This document shows positions 52,668 through 64,000 of a stretch of DNA of 64,000 nt, piece after piece. Numbering within the stretch: position 1 is the first letter of the stretch; each line of letters opens with the position of its first letter. Source of the DNA: Azolla caroliniana (Eukaryota > Plantae > Polypodiophyta); assembly GCA_043228905.1 (NCBI GenBank), contig JBHGNT010000008.1, positions 2,294,001 through 2,358,000 on the forward strand, read 5' to 3'. The notes under the pieces were generated by a model. That model did not search any database. It was not told where the DNA came from and saw nothing but the letters and a program-made list of their open reading frames with translations. A program made the translations under genes and the position numbers.

Positions 52668-52765
52668 GACACCCTTCCATCCCATGCCCCCTCCCATACT
52701 TCATGATTCCATGCCCTCCCCCCGCCCCATCTCCTGACACCACCAACCTTTTCAATCTTCGTCTT

Positions 52766-52827
<62 letters not shown>

Positions 52828-53888
52828 GTGCCCCTCTCCACTCGTTTCTCGAAAGCATGTTACACGCACGAATAGACTCACATTTGTTATATAATTCTGG
52901 ACCGTTTAGCACCCACCGAAAACGTTAAAAATAGGCATGTAATTTTTTTTTTTGCGGATCCCAGCATTAGCATTCCTGGATCCTCAAGTGGTTCACTACA
53001 AGGCACCGTGTCGATGCTTTGATCGACCTTGCGAGAGCCTTTCAAGCATCTTATGCGAATCAATGCCTAATAATACACATTACGTTAACCCTTGAATAGT
53101 CCTGTTAACCAATAGGGAATCAAACTTGAGAAACATGTGATATTCACACGTGTGGAGAAAGACATCCAAGTTGCAGGTGCCTCGCTTCGGTTCTAGTCCT
53201 CCTATAGATGTGTAAGTTGTTACTACAATTATTACGGGTATTTATGATGGGTGCAATATCAAACTCATTGCTTACGTCCTAAACATGAATGACAAGCTTT
53301 ATCACTACACCATCATGTCCGTTCGAATTACATGGATAACCAATTATTTGTGGGGACATCGAAAGTCTCAAACCTGAATGATAAACTTTACCACCAACAT
53401 CATCATGTTCGTTTGCATTGCATATCGCAATGTGAATCAATAACCAATAATTTGTGGGGTCATAGAAAGCCTGTTATATGATGTATGACAACATTGCTTT
53501 CGTATTTTTTGCCTTCACATAGAAGGTCTTGTTCATATAGTATATTTTCTCGTACCAACAAAAGTTGTAAGCCATCTTGATGGTGTTTATTGTATGTTCC
53601 ACAACGAACAATATTTGCACGATTTCCAAAGGCGATGTCCTAAAAAGACGCATTTGATCATTTTTGGTATTTTCCGTTGTCTTGTTTTAGAGTTTTCTAA
53701 ATATCATTTAACTTGTGTACCTTTTGTTGAGTTTTAGCTCTTGCATTTCTCTTTTTTATTTTAACTATTGAAGCATCTTCTTTGCCACTTTCATGATGAA
53801 CGTTTGGAACCGAAAAAAATATTATTTTATAGTTTCAATATTAACAACAAGGAACTTCAAAATTAAGAAGACACACGAAGTCTTAAAT

Positions 53889-54385
53889 TAACAATCGGCA
53901 ATAGTTTGGTTTGGTTTGAGAGTGTTAAAATCAAACCGGTTTAAAACCAAATCATTTAAAAAATTTGAATCTTGAACCAAACCATTTAAACTGAAATCGT
54001 TACAAAAATCCTAACCATTAAACCGTAAAAACTGTGGTTTCGTGGTTTAGTTTCGGTTTTCAAGTTAGGTCAAAATTCAAATTATCAATTTTAAAATTTT
54101 AAAAGTTTTCATTATGTCAGATTTAAAATTTTGAAAATTTTAAAGATTTTTCCTAAAATGTGAGAATTCGACTTAAAATGAAAAAGTTGTTCAATTTTAT
54201 TTTATTTTTCATTGGCAACCCTAAACCATCAAACCGTTTAAACTGAACCATTCACCCCCAAACCGGACCGGACCGAACCAAAACTAAACTATTAAAACAA
54301 CTTGAGCCTGAACTGAACCGTTTAAACCGCTAAGTTGTAGTTTTGTGGTTCGTTTCGGTTCAAACTGAACCGTTGCGGATTGTTA
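53889..54385. mobile_element. Non-autonomous hAT-like MITE, copy 2
   Basis: TIRs TAACAATCGGCAA / TTGCGGATTGTTA; 8-bp TSD TCTTAAAT / ACTTAAAT (7/8 match); AAACCG subterminal repeats. Confidence 0.8.
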
Positions 54386-55041
54386 ACTTAAATATTAACC
54401 ACAAGAAGCTTCAAGATTAATAGGAATGGAGATTTTTACCAACACGAACCATATGTATACAGTATAGATCTATGGATTGATAGGAAACATAATGTTATAT
54501 ATTAGATTTTTTTGAATGCCCCATTCTAAATGTTACATTATTTATATTCCATAACAACAATTATTCATAGAATATGATTTCATGTCAGTACATCAAGCAC
54601 AGATACCATACTGGTGAAGCATGTTTGAATTTTCAAAGAAGATAGGTTGAAGCACTAACTACTAGTAAACAAAAACTAGAGCACAACTAACTATATAGAT
54701 TTTGCACAAAGTGTTTTGTTGCCTTTTGTGCGAAGTGTACAAATGCCATTAAGGCCTTTCAGCCGAGTTAACAAAAAATAGAATTGTTACACCTACCCAG
54801 TTGGTGCTTTTTTACAAACTTAAACAATTAACTTTAGAATTAAGTTTGCCAAATTAATGTGTATCAACCAAACTATAGATCATGCAAGTAGAACATTTAA
54901 GAAAGTTAAATAGAAAGGACAAATTGAGAGTGAAGTAGCCATATTGAACCATATTGGTTATCCTTAATCATTATAGTGTGTCATTATGCTAATACGTGTC
55001 TCAAGGAAGCATTCGATGCTGAAACCTAAAAATAGGCAAAT

Positions 55042-56541
55042 TGTTAGAATTGGGAAGCCACCTCCATTTCCATTAGAATGGTTTACTTTTGATGTACATG
55101 CCCGGAGAACCAAAACTTTGGCTTTGTCTAGTTGAACAAGATGAACACAACAAGACTTGCAAAAGAGAATTACATAATTAATATATTGTAAAACGTAATA
55201 CAAAAACCTGTAAAGAATCGAGAGATATTCTATGTAGTGGAAGGTGTGTGTATGTAGGAAAGAGAGAGAGAGATAGAACACAGAGTTATACAATAAACCA
55301 TAAAACTGTATGAATAAAAGAATAAGATAAGATAACCAACCATTACAACGAGAAGGGGAAGGTGCTTACGTACTCACCTTCTCTCAAGAGGTGGAGACTT
55401 AACTATTTACTAAATATGTGTCATAGGACATAACTTCTATGACACATTAGTTATGATACAAAGGAGGTGGAGTGTTCACACACATGGGTGTTCTTAATGT
55501 GTGTTCCCACACTAGGGATGTTGAGTTTGATTCTCAACATGCCCCTTCAAACGCAACTTCCGGTCGCTAGATAGTTGGTTCGGACTGGTCTTCGGGTTGG
55601 CTTTGAGTCGACTTTGGCTTCGACTTCGGCCGACTCACTCCTGTGTTTGCGTTGTGTCGGGTGATTTCTTACTCCCCCTCAAGCTTGGATGATCGGTGGT
55701 CGAGAGACCCAGGTTCGTCGTGAATTGTCGCAGCTTGTCGACGCCCAAGGCTTTTGTGAAGATGTTGGCCGTCTGCAGGATCGTGCTGATGTGTTGCAGG
55801 TTGACATCTCCGGTCAGGACATGCTCTCGAATAAAGTGATAATGCACCGCAACGTGCTTATTTTGAGCATGAAATAGTGGGTTGTGGGCCAAGTGGATGT
55901 TGCTCATGTTCTCGTAGTAGAGGAGAATCAGATCCTTGGTGGGAACGCCCAAATCCTTCAAGATTCTTTTCAGCCAAACGACTTCACATGCGGCAACTAC
56001 CGCGCCATTGTATTCGACCTCTGTACTCGATAGTGCGACTGTCGGCTGTTTCTTACTGCTCCATTATATCGCTCCACTGCCAAGAGAGAAGACAAATCCT
56101 GAGGTTGATCGTCTGTCAGCTTTGTAACCGGCCCAATTGGCATCAATGTACCCTTTGAGTCGAATCGGTGTGGCCGATTTATAGAGAATGCTGAAATCCA
56201 TTGTCGCACTTATGTAGCGTAACACTTGCTTAACATAGTCCCAGTGAATGCTCCGCGGTGTTTGCATAAATTGGCTAAAGAGGTTGACTGTGTATCTGAG
56301 GTCGGGCCGAGTAATGGTGAGGTAAATAAGGCTTCCGACAAGTTGCCGATAATATGTCAGCTCACACTCTTCTGTGCCGGAATCAACATCTAGCTTTAGA
56401 TTTCGATCGAGAGGGGTAGGGACGGGCTTACACTCTATCATTTGAAACATGTAAAGAAGATTGAGGAGATAATGACGTTGGGAGATCATGATACAGTCAT
56501 GAGTCCGAATTACTTCTATCCCTAGAAAGTAATGTAGCTCT
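55042..56541 (-). mobile_element. Copia element A: RT/RNase H end, PPT and 3' LTR (55042-55539)
   Basis: ELHYFLGIEV, YRQLVGSLIYLTITRPD, GYIDANWAG..DRRSTSG, KHVAVHYHFIRE, QTANIFTKAL. PPT TTGAAGGGGCA is followed by an LTR reading TGTTGAG...TCTAACA. Confidence 0.9.
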
Positions 56542-56964
56542 TGTTAGGAAACAGGTCCCTCCGGATGGGAAATGAGAAGACCCGGTGAGAACCGGATGAG
56601 GAGTACCCGGAAACGGAAGACCTGGTGAGAACCGGATGAGGAGTACCCGGCAACGGAAGACCCGGTGAGAACCGGATGAGGAGTACCCGGCAACGGAAGA
56701 CCCGGTGAGAATCGGATGAGGAGTACCCGGAAACGGAAGACCCGGTGAGAACTGGATGATGAGTGCCCGACAAGCGCCGGATGATGCAGGCCCGGTGAGG
56801 AGTGCTCACCGGATGAAGGGACATATTCGTAAATATGTTTATGAGAGTCCATCAGGGCTATATTTGTAAATAGCCGAAAAGTCATTTTAGTCTAAATATG
56901 ACTTAGGGCAAACTTAGTGTATATGTTGTCATTCTTGTTGGTGCAAGATTAGAGCGCAACAGTG

Positions 56965-57060
<96 letters not shown>

Positions 57061-58131
57061 AACGAAGAGTTCGTATCTCTGTTGTAACCGCCGCTTGTGG
57101 CGAAGACAGTGAACAAGAGGTCGTTGCCTCTGTGTTCATCTATTGTATATTGTTACATAGTGATAGTTAGCAGTCAGTGGACTGCCGTGGTTTTTCCCGT
57201 GTTTGGGTTTTCCACGTAAACATCCTGTGCACTCTTCTCTCCATTGGGTCGTGCATTCATTCCCGTTTTCTGTGTTTGATTCTAAGCTTGGTTGTGGCCG
57301 AGCGTAGTTCATCGGGGAAGCGTAGTTCCTGTCAAAGTGGTATCAGAGCGAAACGACACAGAAAATGGACGAATCGTTGGGAGGCATGTTCAAGCTCACC
57401 GGCTCCAACTATTCCGTGTGGAAGTCGAAGATGAGGGACATGATCGTGATTAAAGATCTTTGGTTGCCGGTTCAGTTTGGGGACAAGAGACCGGACCAAA
57501 TCGACGCCACGATATGGGAGGTGATGCACATGAAGACAACGACGTACATACGGTGCTTCATTGACATGAGCCTATACAACAACTTCAATGAAGAGAGCAA
57601 GGCTCATGAGCTTTGAGAGAAGATCAACATTATGTTTCAAAACAAAAATGATGTTAACCAGGTTTCGGTATTCCGGAAGCTAGTAAGACTCCGGTACCAA
57701 GATGGCTCCAGCATGGCGGAGCACATGAATGCCTTCCAGGGGCTGATACACCAGGCAATATCATTGGAAGTACCTCTTGCCGATGAGGTACTAGCGCTAC
57801 TCTTGCTCGGTTCCCTCCCGGATAGCTGGGAGATGTTGGTTGTCACTTTGGGCAACGTCGGGCCGGAAGGGAAACGGTTATCCATAGCAAGAGTGAAGTC
57901 GAGCTTGCTAGATGAGGAGGCACATCGGAAAGATAAGGATACGAGCTCCGACACCAAAGCGCTCCTTACCGAATCGGAACGCGTAAGACAAAGGAACCGT
58001 AGTCCCCAGAACCGTGAGAAGTCGGGGACACGGTCAAAGTCAAGGGGGAGGCCTACTTGCATCTATTGCGAAAAGCTGGGACACTTCCAAAAGAACTGCC
58101 GGCATCTCCGAAAAGACAAGGAAACCGATGG
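56542..58131 (+). mobile_element. Copia element B copy 1: 5' LTR (56542-57334), tRNAiMet PBS, disrupted gag
   Basis: LTR TGTTAGG...TGTCA with ~4.5 tandem 40-bp repeats. PBS TGGTATCAGAGC at 57338-57349. Gag KLTGSNY..WK..M, LLLGSLPDSW and zinc knuckle CIYCEKLGHFQKNC, with an in-frame stop at 57614. Confidence 0.9.
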
Positions 58132-59637
58132 TGTCGTGAAGAAAACCAGCCAAAGGCGGATTCGGGCAAAAGGGCGCATGAACCGACTCTTACACGGATG
58201 GACGCATGACTTGATATTTTGATGTTGATTCATAAATGGATCAACTGATGTAAATTCTAAGGAGTGCACATTTATCAGGAGGGATTGTGCGTATCTCTGT
58301 TAGAAGGGACAGGGAATAAAGAGATTTGATAGGGAAAGGGGCACCCCCTTTTTGGGGAACTATTTAAGGAGAGGAGGGAAGGAAGAGAAAAAGGATCGTG
58401 CGTTAAGGAGGACAAAGTGCTGTAGGACTAAGGGCCAATCTCTCTCTCCTCCTCCGACCGTCATTCTCTCGCTCTTCGTGGGTAGCCCGTGTGTTGCCAG
58501 TAGAGGCCTTTCCTTCTGCGTTTCTCTGGGTCCAGTATTTTCCGCCTGTGTACGTGAGTAGGGTACTTGTGTCGGGCCCATTGCCGCCTTGACGGTTGTA
58601 ACCGTCAGAGTTTGTAATCTTTTGTCATTGTAATTAAGTGTTGCTTACCGGGCCGAAATGATCATGAGGGATATCCCGGTGGACAGGCGGCTGTCCGGAT
58701 TCCCTCGGGTGGTGACGCCGGGCATCCACGCGGAGGTGCTGGCCGGATGCCAGACTTGGGAGGAGTTCGAGCTGCAGCTCCTCGAGAAGTACGGGTTTGA
58801 TGACTCGCTTCGGCTGTCGAGGCGGGACTTTATGGCATGGGTGGAAAGCCCCGGAAAGGGGAGGAACATGTCGGTGCTCCTCCAGGAGTTCGAAAAACGG
58901 TTCACGCGGTTGTCGACGCTGGACCGGACGGTGCTCGAAACGATTTGAGTACTACAGTTTGTCAAGTCGGTGGACGCGCTCGACAGGGAAAAGGTGGGCC
59001 CCCTATTGGAAACGGATGAAGGGCTCATGACAGACTGGGCCGTGGTAAAACGGGTCTGCAGCCGTTTTGACAAACGACGCGATTGGAGTGATGGAAGCTC
59101 GTCGGGGTCAGGGCCGGTCCCGGGGAGGAGGCTCGAGGAGCCGGTAGGAAGGAAGAGACCTGAATCTGGCCAAAGTCGGGGTCGGCATCGAAGGACGTGG
59201 TCAAAGGCCCATCCGGAGGAGCGGCTCTGGAGGAGCTGACACAGATGGTGCGCGACCTACAGATCGCACAGGCCCGGAGAGACAACGACAAACGACCTCG
59301 CGACCGGGGGCCGCCAGCTGGGTAGCGGTGCATGTGGTGTGACGCGATTGGTCACATTCGGAAGGATTGCGCGGATTTCGCCGACGCACTTAGGGCCAAC
59401 GTAGTGTACCTCTGGAACGGGCAGGTGCACGCGAGCGAGACCCGGAGAGCCCTAGAACTAAATACGGGGCGCGGCGGAATGAAGAGGTTGATGGAAGAGG
59501 CCGTGACACGACATGTTGAAGCTGTTAACTACTTAGTGTCGGCAAGAATTCGGGTCGGAGGTGATGAGACTCGGAAGGCGAAGGACTCCGGATTCTGGCC
59601 ACTAGTGCTAGAAGGCCTCTCCGGAGTTCGGCTGAGA
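58132..59637 (+). mobile_element. Gypsy-like element C copy 1: LTR part and gag fragment inserted in Copia B gag
   Basis: Copia gag homology stops at TGTCGTGAAG. An LTR-like segment follows, then a GC-rich gag-like frame (TWEEFELQLLEKY, CMWCDAIGHIRKDC zinc knuckle) with stops. Confidence 0.7.
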
Positions 59638-59665
59638 TGGGTTGAGCCGGGAGTGATGAGAGAAG

Positions 59666-59717
<52 letters not shown>

Positions 59718-60789
59718 TATGTCCCTGAGGGTAGACCCGAATTAAGTGAAACCGAGCGGACGGTGGAGATGAGCCGGGCGGCGTAGATCCGACGGCCAGA
59801 TCTCACCGGCTAGATTAACTAGGCTTGGTGGAAGGGCACGGATCCGGGAATTATTAGAAAATTCAGTGGACGGTCCCGATGAGGCCACGTCACATCCTCT
59901 TTCCCTCAGATTGGACGGCCTGCGAATTATTTTTGACGCGGTTTCCTTTTTCGCTTCCCCCCCCCCCCCCCCCCCCCCTCCCCCTTTTTCGCCTTTTTTT
60001 ATTTTTATTTTATTTTAGACGATTTTCTCCAAATTTCTTTATTGTTATGTCCATAGTATGAACCATACGCGCATTCGCATTCCGAGAATGTTTCAATCAT
60101 TCGAGTATGTTAAACACTCTCGAAGTATGGTAAATACCATACTTTTGTTTTGTATTCATTATTTATTATAAGGGAAAAAGTGTAAAAAAAAAACATAAGG
60201 TTTTTTATAACATATGCATTCGTATGAAAAAGGAATGTTTGCCAATGCATTCGAGTATACTATGTACTATAACTTATGTGACATGTCACTGAGGATTAGA
60301 TCCGAATTAAGTGAAATCGAGTGGACAGTGGAGATGAGCTAGGAAACCTAGATCTGACGACCAAAACTCACCGGCTAGGTAATATATGCTTTGATCGATG
60401 GGGCAAGGATCTGGGAATTATTGAAAACTCGGTGAACGGTCTGGATGAGCCCACGTCACATCATCTTTCCCTTAGATCGGACGACCTACGAATTATTTTT
60501 GACGCGCTTTTCTTTTTCGCCTTTTTGTCTTTCTTCTCCGCCGTTTATATTTTACGTCACTACTACTAGTATTTTCTCTAAATTTCTTTAAGATATTGGT
60601 CTGATGTGTAATGTTCCGCGTCCACGTGGCATTTTTGCCACGTGGCGGAATCTAATCGTGCGCTTTTTGTTTTCAAGGCCTTCTTACTTTTGTCTAGTTT
60701 GTCAGATTTGGAGTTACATCTCTCTCTCTCTCACACACACACACACACTCACACACAAAACAAGAACAAAAAAAATGAAGAGAGAGACA
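59638..60789. repeat. Block D, copy 2
   Basis: Near-identical to 51519-52667. Confidence 0.9.
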
Positions 60790-60799
60790 AAAAAAATGA

Positions 60800-62833
60800 A
60801 CTGGATGAGGAGTACCCGGCAATGGAAGACCCGGTGAGAACCGGATGAGGAGTACCCGGAAACGGAAGACCCGGTGAGAACCGTATGATGAGTGCCCGGC
60901 AAGCGCCGGATGATGTAGGCCCGGTGAGGAGTGCTCACCGGATGAAGGGACATATTCGTAAATATGTTTATGAGAGTCCATCAGGGCTATATTTGTAAAT
61001 AGCCGAAAAGTCATTTTAGTATAAATATGACTTAGGGCAAACTTAGAGTATATGTTGTCATTCTTGTTGGTGCAAGATTAGAGCGCAACAGTGTACAGAG
61101 AGAGAGAGAGAGAGAAAGAAACGAAGAGTTCATGTCTCTGTTGTAACCGCCGCTTGTGGCGAAGACAGTGAACAAGAGGTCGTTGACTCTGTGTTCATCT
61201 ATTGTATATTGTTACATAGTGATAGTTAGTAGTCAGTGGACTGCCGTGGTTTTTCCCGTGTTTGGGTTTTCCACGTTGTCGAGGTATTCCTCGCGGATGC
61301 GTGGAGTGAGGCGGGACCTCGGGGGTCCTGTACCGAAGAGTAAGAGAGAGAGAGAGAGACCCACTACGTGCGAGCGTAGATTCACAGGGACACGGCCCTT
61401 CGACGCAAAGACGCGAGTGGGACAGCGCCACAGAAAGACACGAAAGTATGTATTTATTGACAAGACAAACAACAAGAACACGAAGACTACAAAACACGAA
61501 GTCGGTTACAACCGAACAGGCCGGTGAACAGATGCCGATACCTGTTCGTAAACGCACAGAAGGACAGGAACAGGTTGGAGGTGCTGTCGGAAGCACTCGG
61601 GCATTCCTCAGAGCAGCGGGAGCCTCCCGAAACCTGCACAGAAGGAAGCTATGGCGTTTGCAACCAGAAAGAGAGAGAGAGAGAGAAGCCTTCGCACGCA
61701 AACCCACATCACTTCCTCCTCGACTCTCCGCGATCCCCTTTACTCTCCTCGTCTCCCTCCTTTTATAGGCAAGGAAGGAGCCGTTTCCCCTTTACTCCTT
61801 ACCCACCGAATCTACCTAGGATCTCCTATGTACAACTTCAGGCGCACGTGCATGGAGAGTCGGTTTCTACGCTCCGGTACACCGATTCCGCTTGTGGACG
61901 GTTTTTTTCACGACAACGTAAACATCCTGTGCACTCTTCTCTCCATTGGGTCGTGCATTCATTCCCGTTTTTTGTGTTTGATTCTAAGCTTGGTTGTGGC
62001 CGAGCATTGTTCATCGGGGAAGCGTAGTTCCTGTCAAAGTGGTATCAGAGCGAAATGACACAGAAAATGGACGAATCGTTGGGAGGCATGTTCAAGCTCA
62101 CCGGCTCCAACTATTCCATGTGGAAGTCGAAGATGAGGGACATGATCGTGGTTAAAGATCTTTGGTTTCCGGTCCAGTTCGGGGACAAGAGACCGGACCA
62201 AATCGACGCCACGATATGGGAGGTGATGCACATGAAGACAACGACGTACATATGGGGCTTCATCGACATGAGCCTATACAACAACTTCAATGAAGAGAGC
62301 AAGGCTCATGAGCTTTGGGAGAAGATCAACATTATGTTTCAAAACAAAAATGCTGTTAACCAGGTTTCGGTATTCCGGAAGTTAGTAAGACTCTGGTACC
62401 AAGATGGCTCCAACATGGCGGAGCACATGAATGCCTTCCAGGGGCTAATACACCAGGCAACATCATTGGAAGTACCTCTCGCCGATGAGGTACTAGCGCT
62501 ACTCTTGCTCGGTTCCCTCTTGGATAACTGGGAGACGTTGGTTGTCACTTTGGGCAACGCCGGGCCGAAAGGGAAACGGTTATCCATAGCAAGAGTGAAG
62601 TCGAGCTTGCTAGATGAGGAGGCGCATCGGAAAGATAAGGATACGAGCTCCGACACCAAAGCGCTCCTTACCGAATCGGAACGCGTAAGACAAAGGAACG
62701 GTAGTCCCCAGATCCGGGAGAAGTCGGGGACACGGTCAAAGTCAAGGGGGAGGCCTACTTGCATCTATTGCGACAAGCCGGGACACTTCTAGAAGAACTG
62801 TCGGCATCTCCGAAAAGACAAGGAAACCAACGG
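60800..62833 (+). mobile_element. Copia element B copy 2 (5'-clipped LTR, PBS, gag)
   Basis: Collinear with ~56670-58131. PBS at ~62040-62051; gag ORF 62067-62792 ends in a premature TAG inside the zinc knuckle. Confidence 0.9.
61277..61915 (-). mobile_element. Solo LTR (639 bp) with 4-bp TSD ACGT
   Basis: TGTCG...CGACA termini with ACGT on both sides. It is absent from the paralogous site at ~57213 (TTCCACGTAAAC). Confidence 0.85.
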
Positions 62834-64000
62834 TGTCGTGAAGAAAACCGGCCAAAGGCGGATTCGGGCAAAAGGGTGCATGAACCAGCTCTTACACGGA
62901 TGGACACATGACTTGATATTTTGATGTTGATTCATAAATGGATCAACTGATGTAAATTCTAAGGAGTGCACATTTATCAGGAGGGATTGTGCGTATCTCT
63001 GTCGGAAGGGACAGGGAATAAAGCGATTTGATAGGGAAAGGGGCACCCCCTTTTTGGGGAACTATTTAAGGAGAGGAGGGAAGGAAGAGAAAAAGGATCG
63101 CGCGTTAAGGAGGACGAAGTGTTGTAGGACTAAGGGCCGATCTCTCTCTCCTCCTCCGACCGTCATTCTTTGTGAGTGCTTGGGAGTTCGACGCCTCTGC
63201 TTCGTGGGTAGCCCGTGCGTTGCCAGTAGAGGCCTTTCCTTTTGTGTTTCTCTAGGTCCAGTATTTTCCGCCTGTGTGCGTGAGTAGGGTCCCCGTGTCG
63301 GGCCCATCGCCGCCTTGACGGTTGTAACCATCAGAGTTTGTAATCTTTTGTCATTGTAATTAAGTGTTGCTTACCGGGCCGAAATGATCATGAGGGATAT
63401 CCCGGTGGACAGGCGGCTGTCCGGATTCCCTCGGGTGGTGACGCCGGGCATCCACGCGGAGGTGCTTGAGGTGCTGGCCAGATGCCAGACTTGGGAGGAG
63501 TTCGAGCTGCAGCTCCTCGAGAAGTATGAGTTTGATGATTCGCTTCGGCTGTCGAGGCGGGACTTCATGGCGTGGGTGGAAAGCCCCGGAAAGGGGAGGA
63601 ACATGTCGGTGCTCCTCCAGGAGTTCGAAAAAAGGTTCGCGCGGTTGTCGACGCTGGACCAGACGGTGCTCGAAACGATTTGAGTACTACAGTTTGTCAA
63701 GTCGGTGGACACGCTCGACAGGGAAAAGGTGGGCCCCCTATTGGAAACGGATGAAGGGCTCACGACAGACTGGGCCGTGGTAAAACGGGTCTGCAGCCGT
63801 TTCGACAAACGGCGCGATTGGAGCGATGGAAGCTCGTCGGGGTTAGGGCCGGTCTCGGGGAGGAGGCTCGAGGAGCCGGTATCGGTGTCGGCCGGTAGGA
63901 AGGAAGAGACCTGAATCTGGCCAAAGTCGGGGTCGGCATCGAAGGACGTGGTCAAAGGCCCATCCGGAGGAGCGGCTCTGGAGGAGCTGACACAGATGGT
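62834..64000 (+). mobile_element. Gypsy-like element C copy 2 (runs off the window)
   Basis: Collinear with 58132-59249 and has the same insertion junction in Copia B gag. Confidence 0.75.

Noticed and set aside
56522-56885. ORFs with repeated peptides and a CRISPR-like periodic look
   Set aside because: A head-to-tail 40-bp LTR repeat with no unique spacers and no cas genes, in a eukaryotic context.
61156-62058. Overlapping 100-170 aa ORFs
   Set aside because: They lie within LTR and solo-LTR sequence and are chance frames in GC-rich DNA.

Overview
Eukaryotic, intron-rich plant genomic DNA, most likely from a seed-free vascular plant such as a fern (inferred from a centriolar CEP78-like gene, an MFT-type PEBP gene, a PLS-class PPR gene and RTE/RTEX-like LINEs). 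Six host genes are supported: an intronless PLS-E PPR gene (+), an EUL/ricin-B lectin (+), a CEP78-like LRR gene (-), an RLCK-V receptor-like kinase (+), an organellar-type TrmB tRNA m7G46 methyltransferase with a probable GC-AG intron (+), and an MFT-like PEBP gene (-). Between them lie decayed Copia fragments, two families of microsatellite-tailed LINEs, hAT-like MITEs, minisatellites and telomere-like motif arrays. From about 51.5 kb to the end there is a nested Copia/Copia/Gypsy stack that has been tandemly duplicated; the second copy has a ~4 kb gap and an extra solo LTR with a 4-bp TSD. I see no clearly new multi-gene system. The best leads are the plant CEP78 homologue, the mixed-signature MFT protein, a 3' stem-loop shared by two LINE families, a ~126-bp (GA)n-embedded Helitron-like repeat and the atypical Gypsy-like gag. 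All homology calls come from recalled motifs and manual translation, not database searches; coordinates were counted by hand.
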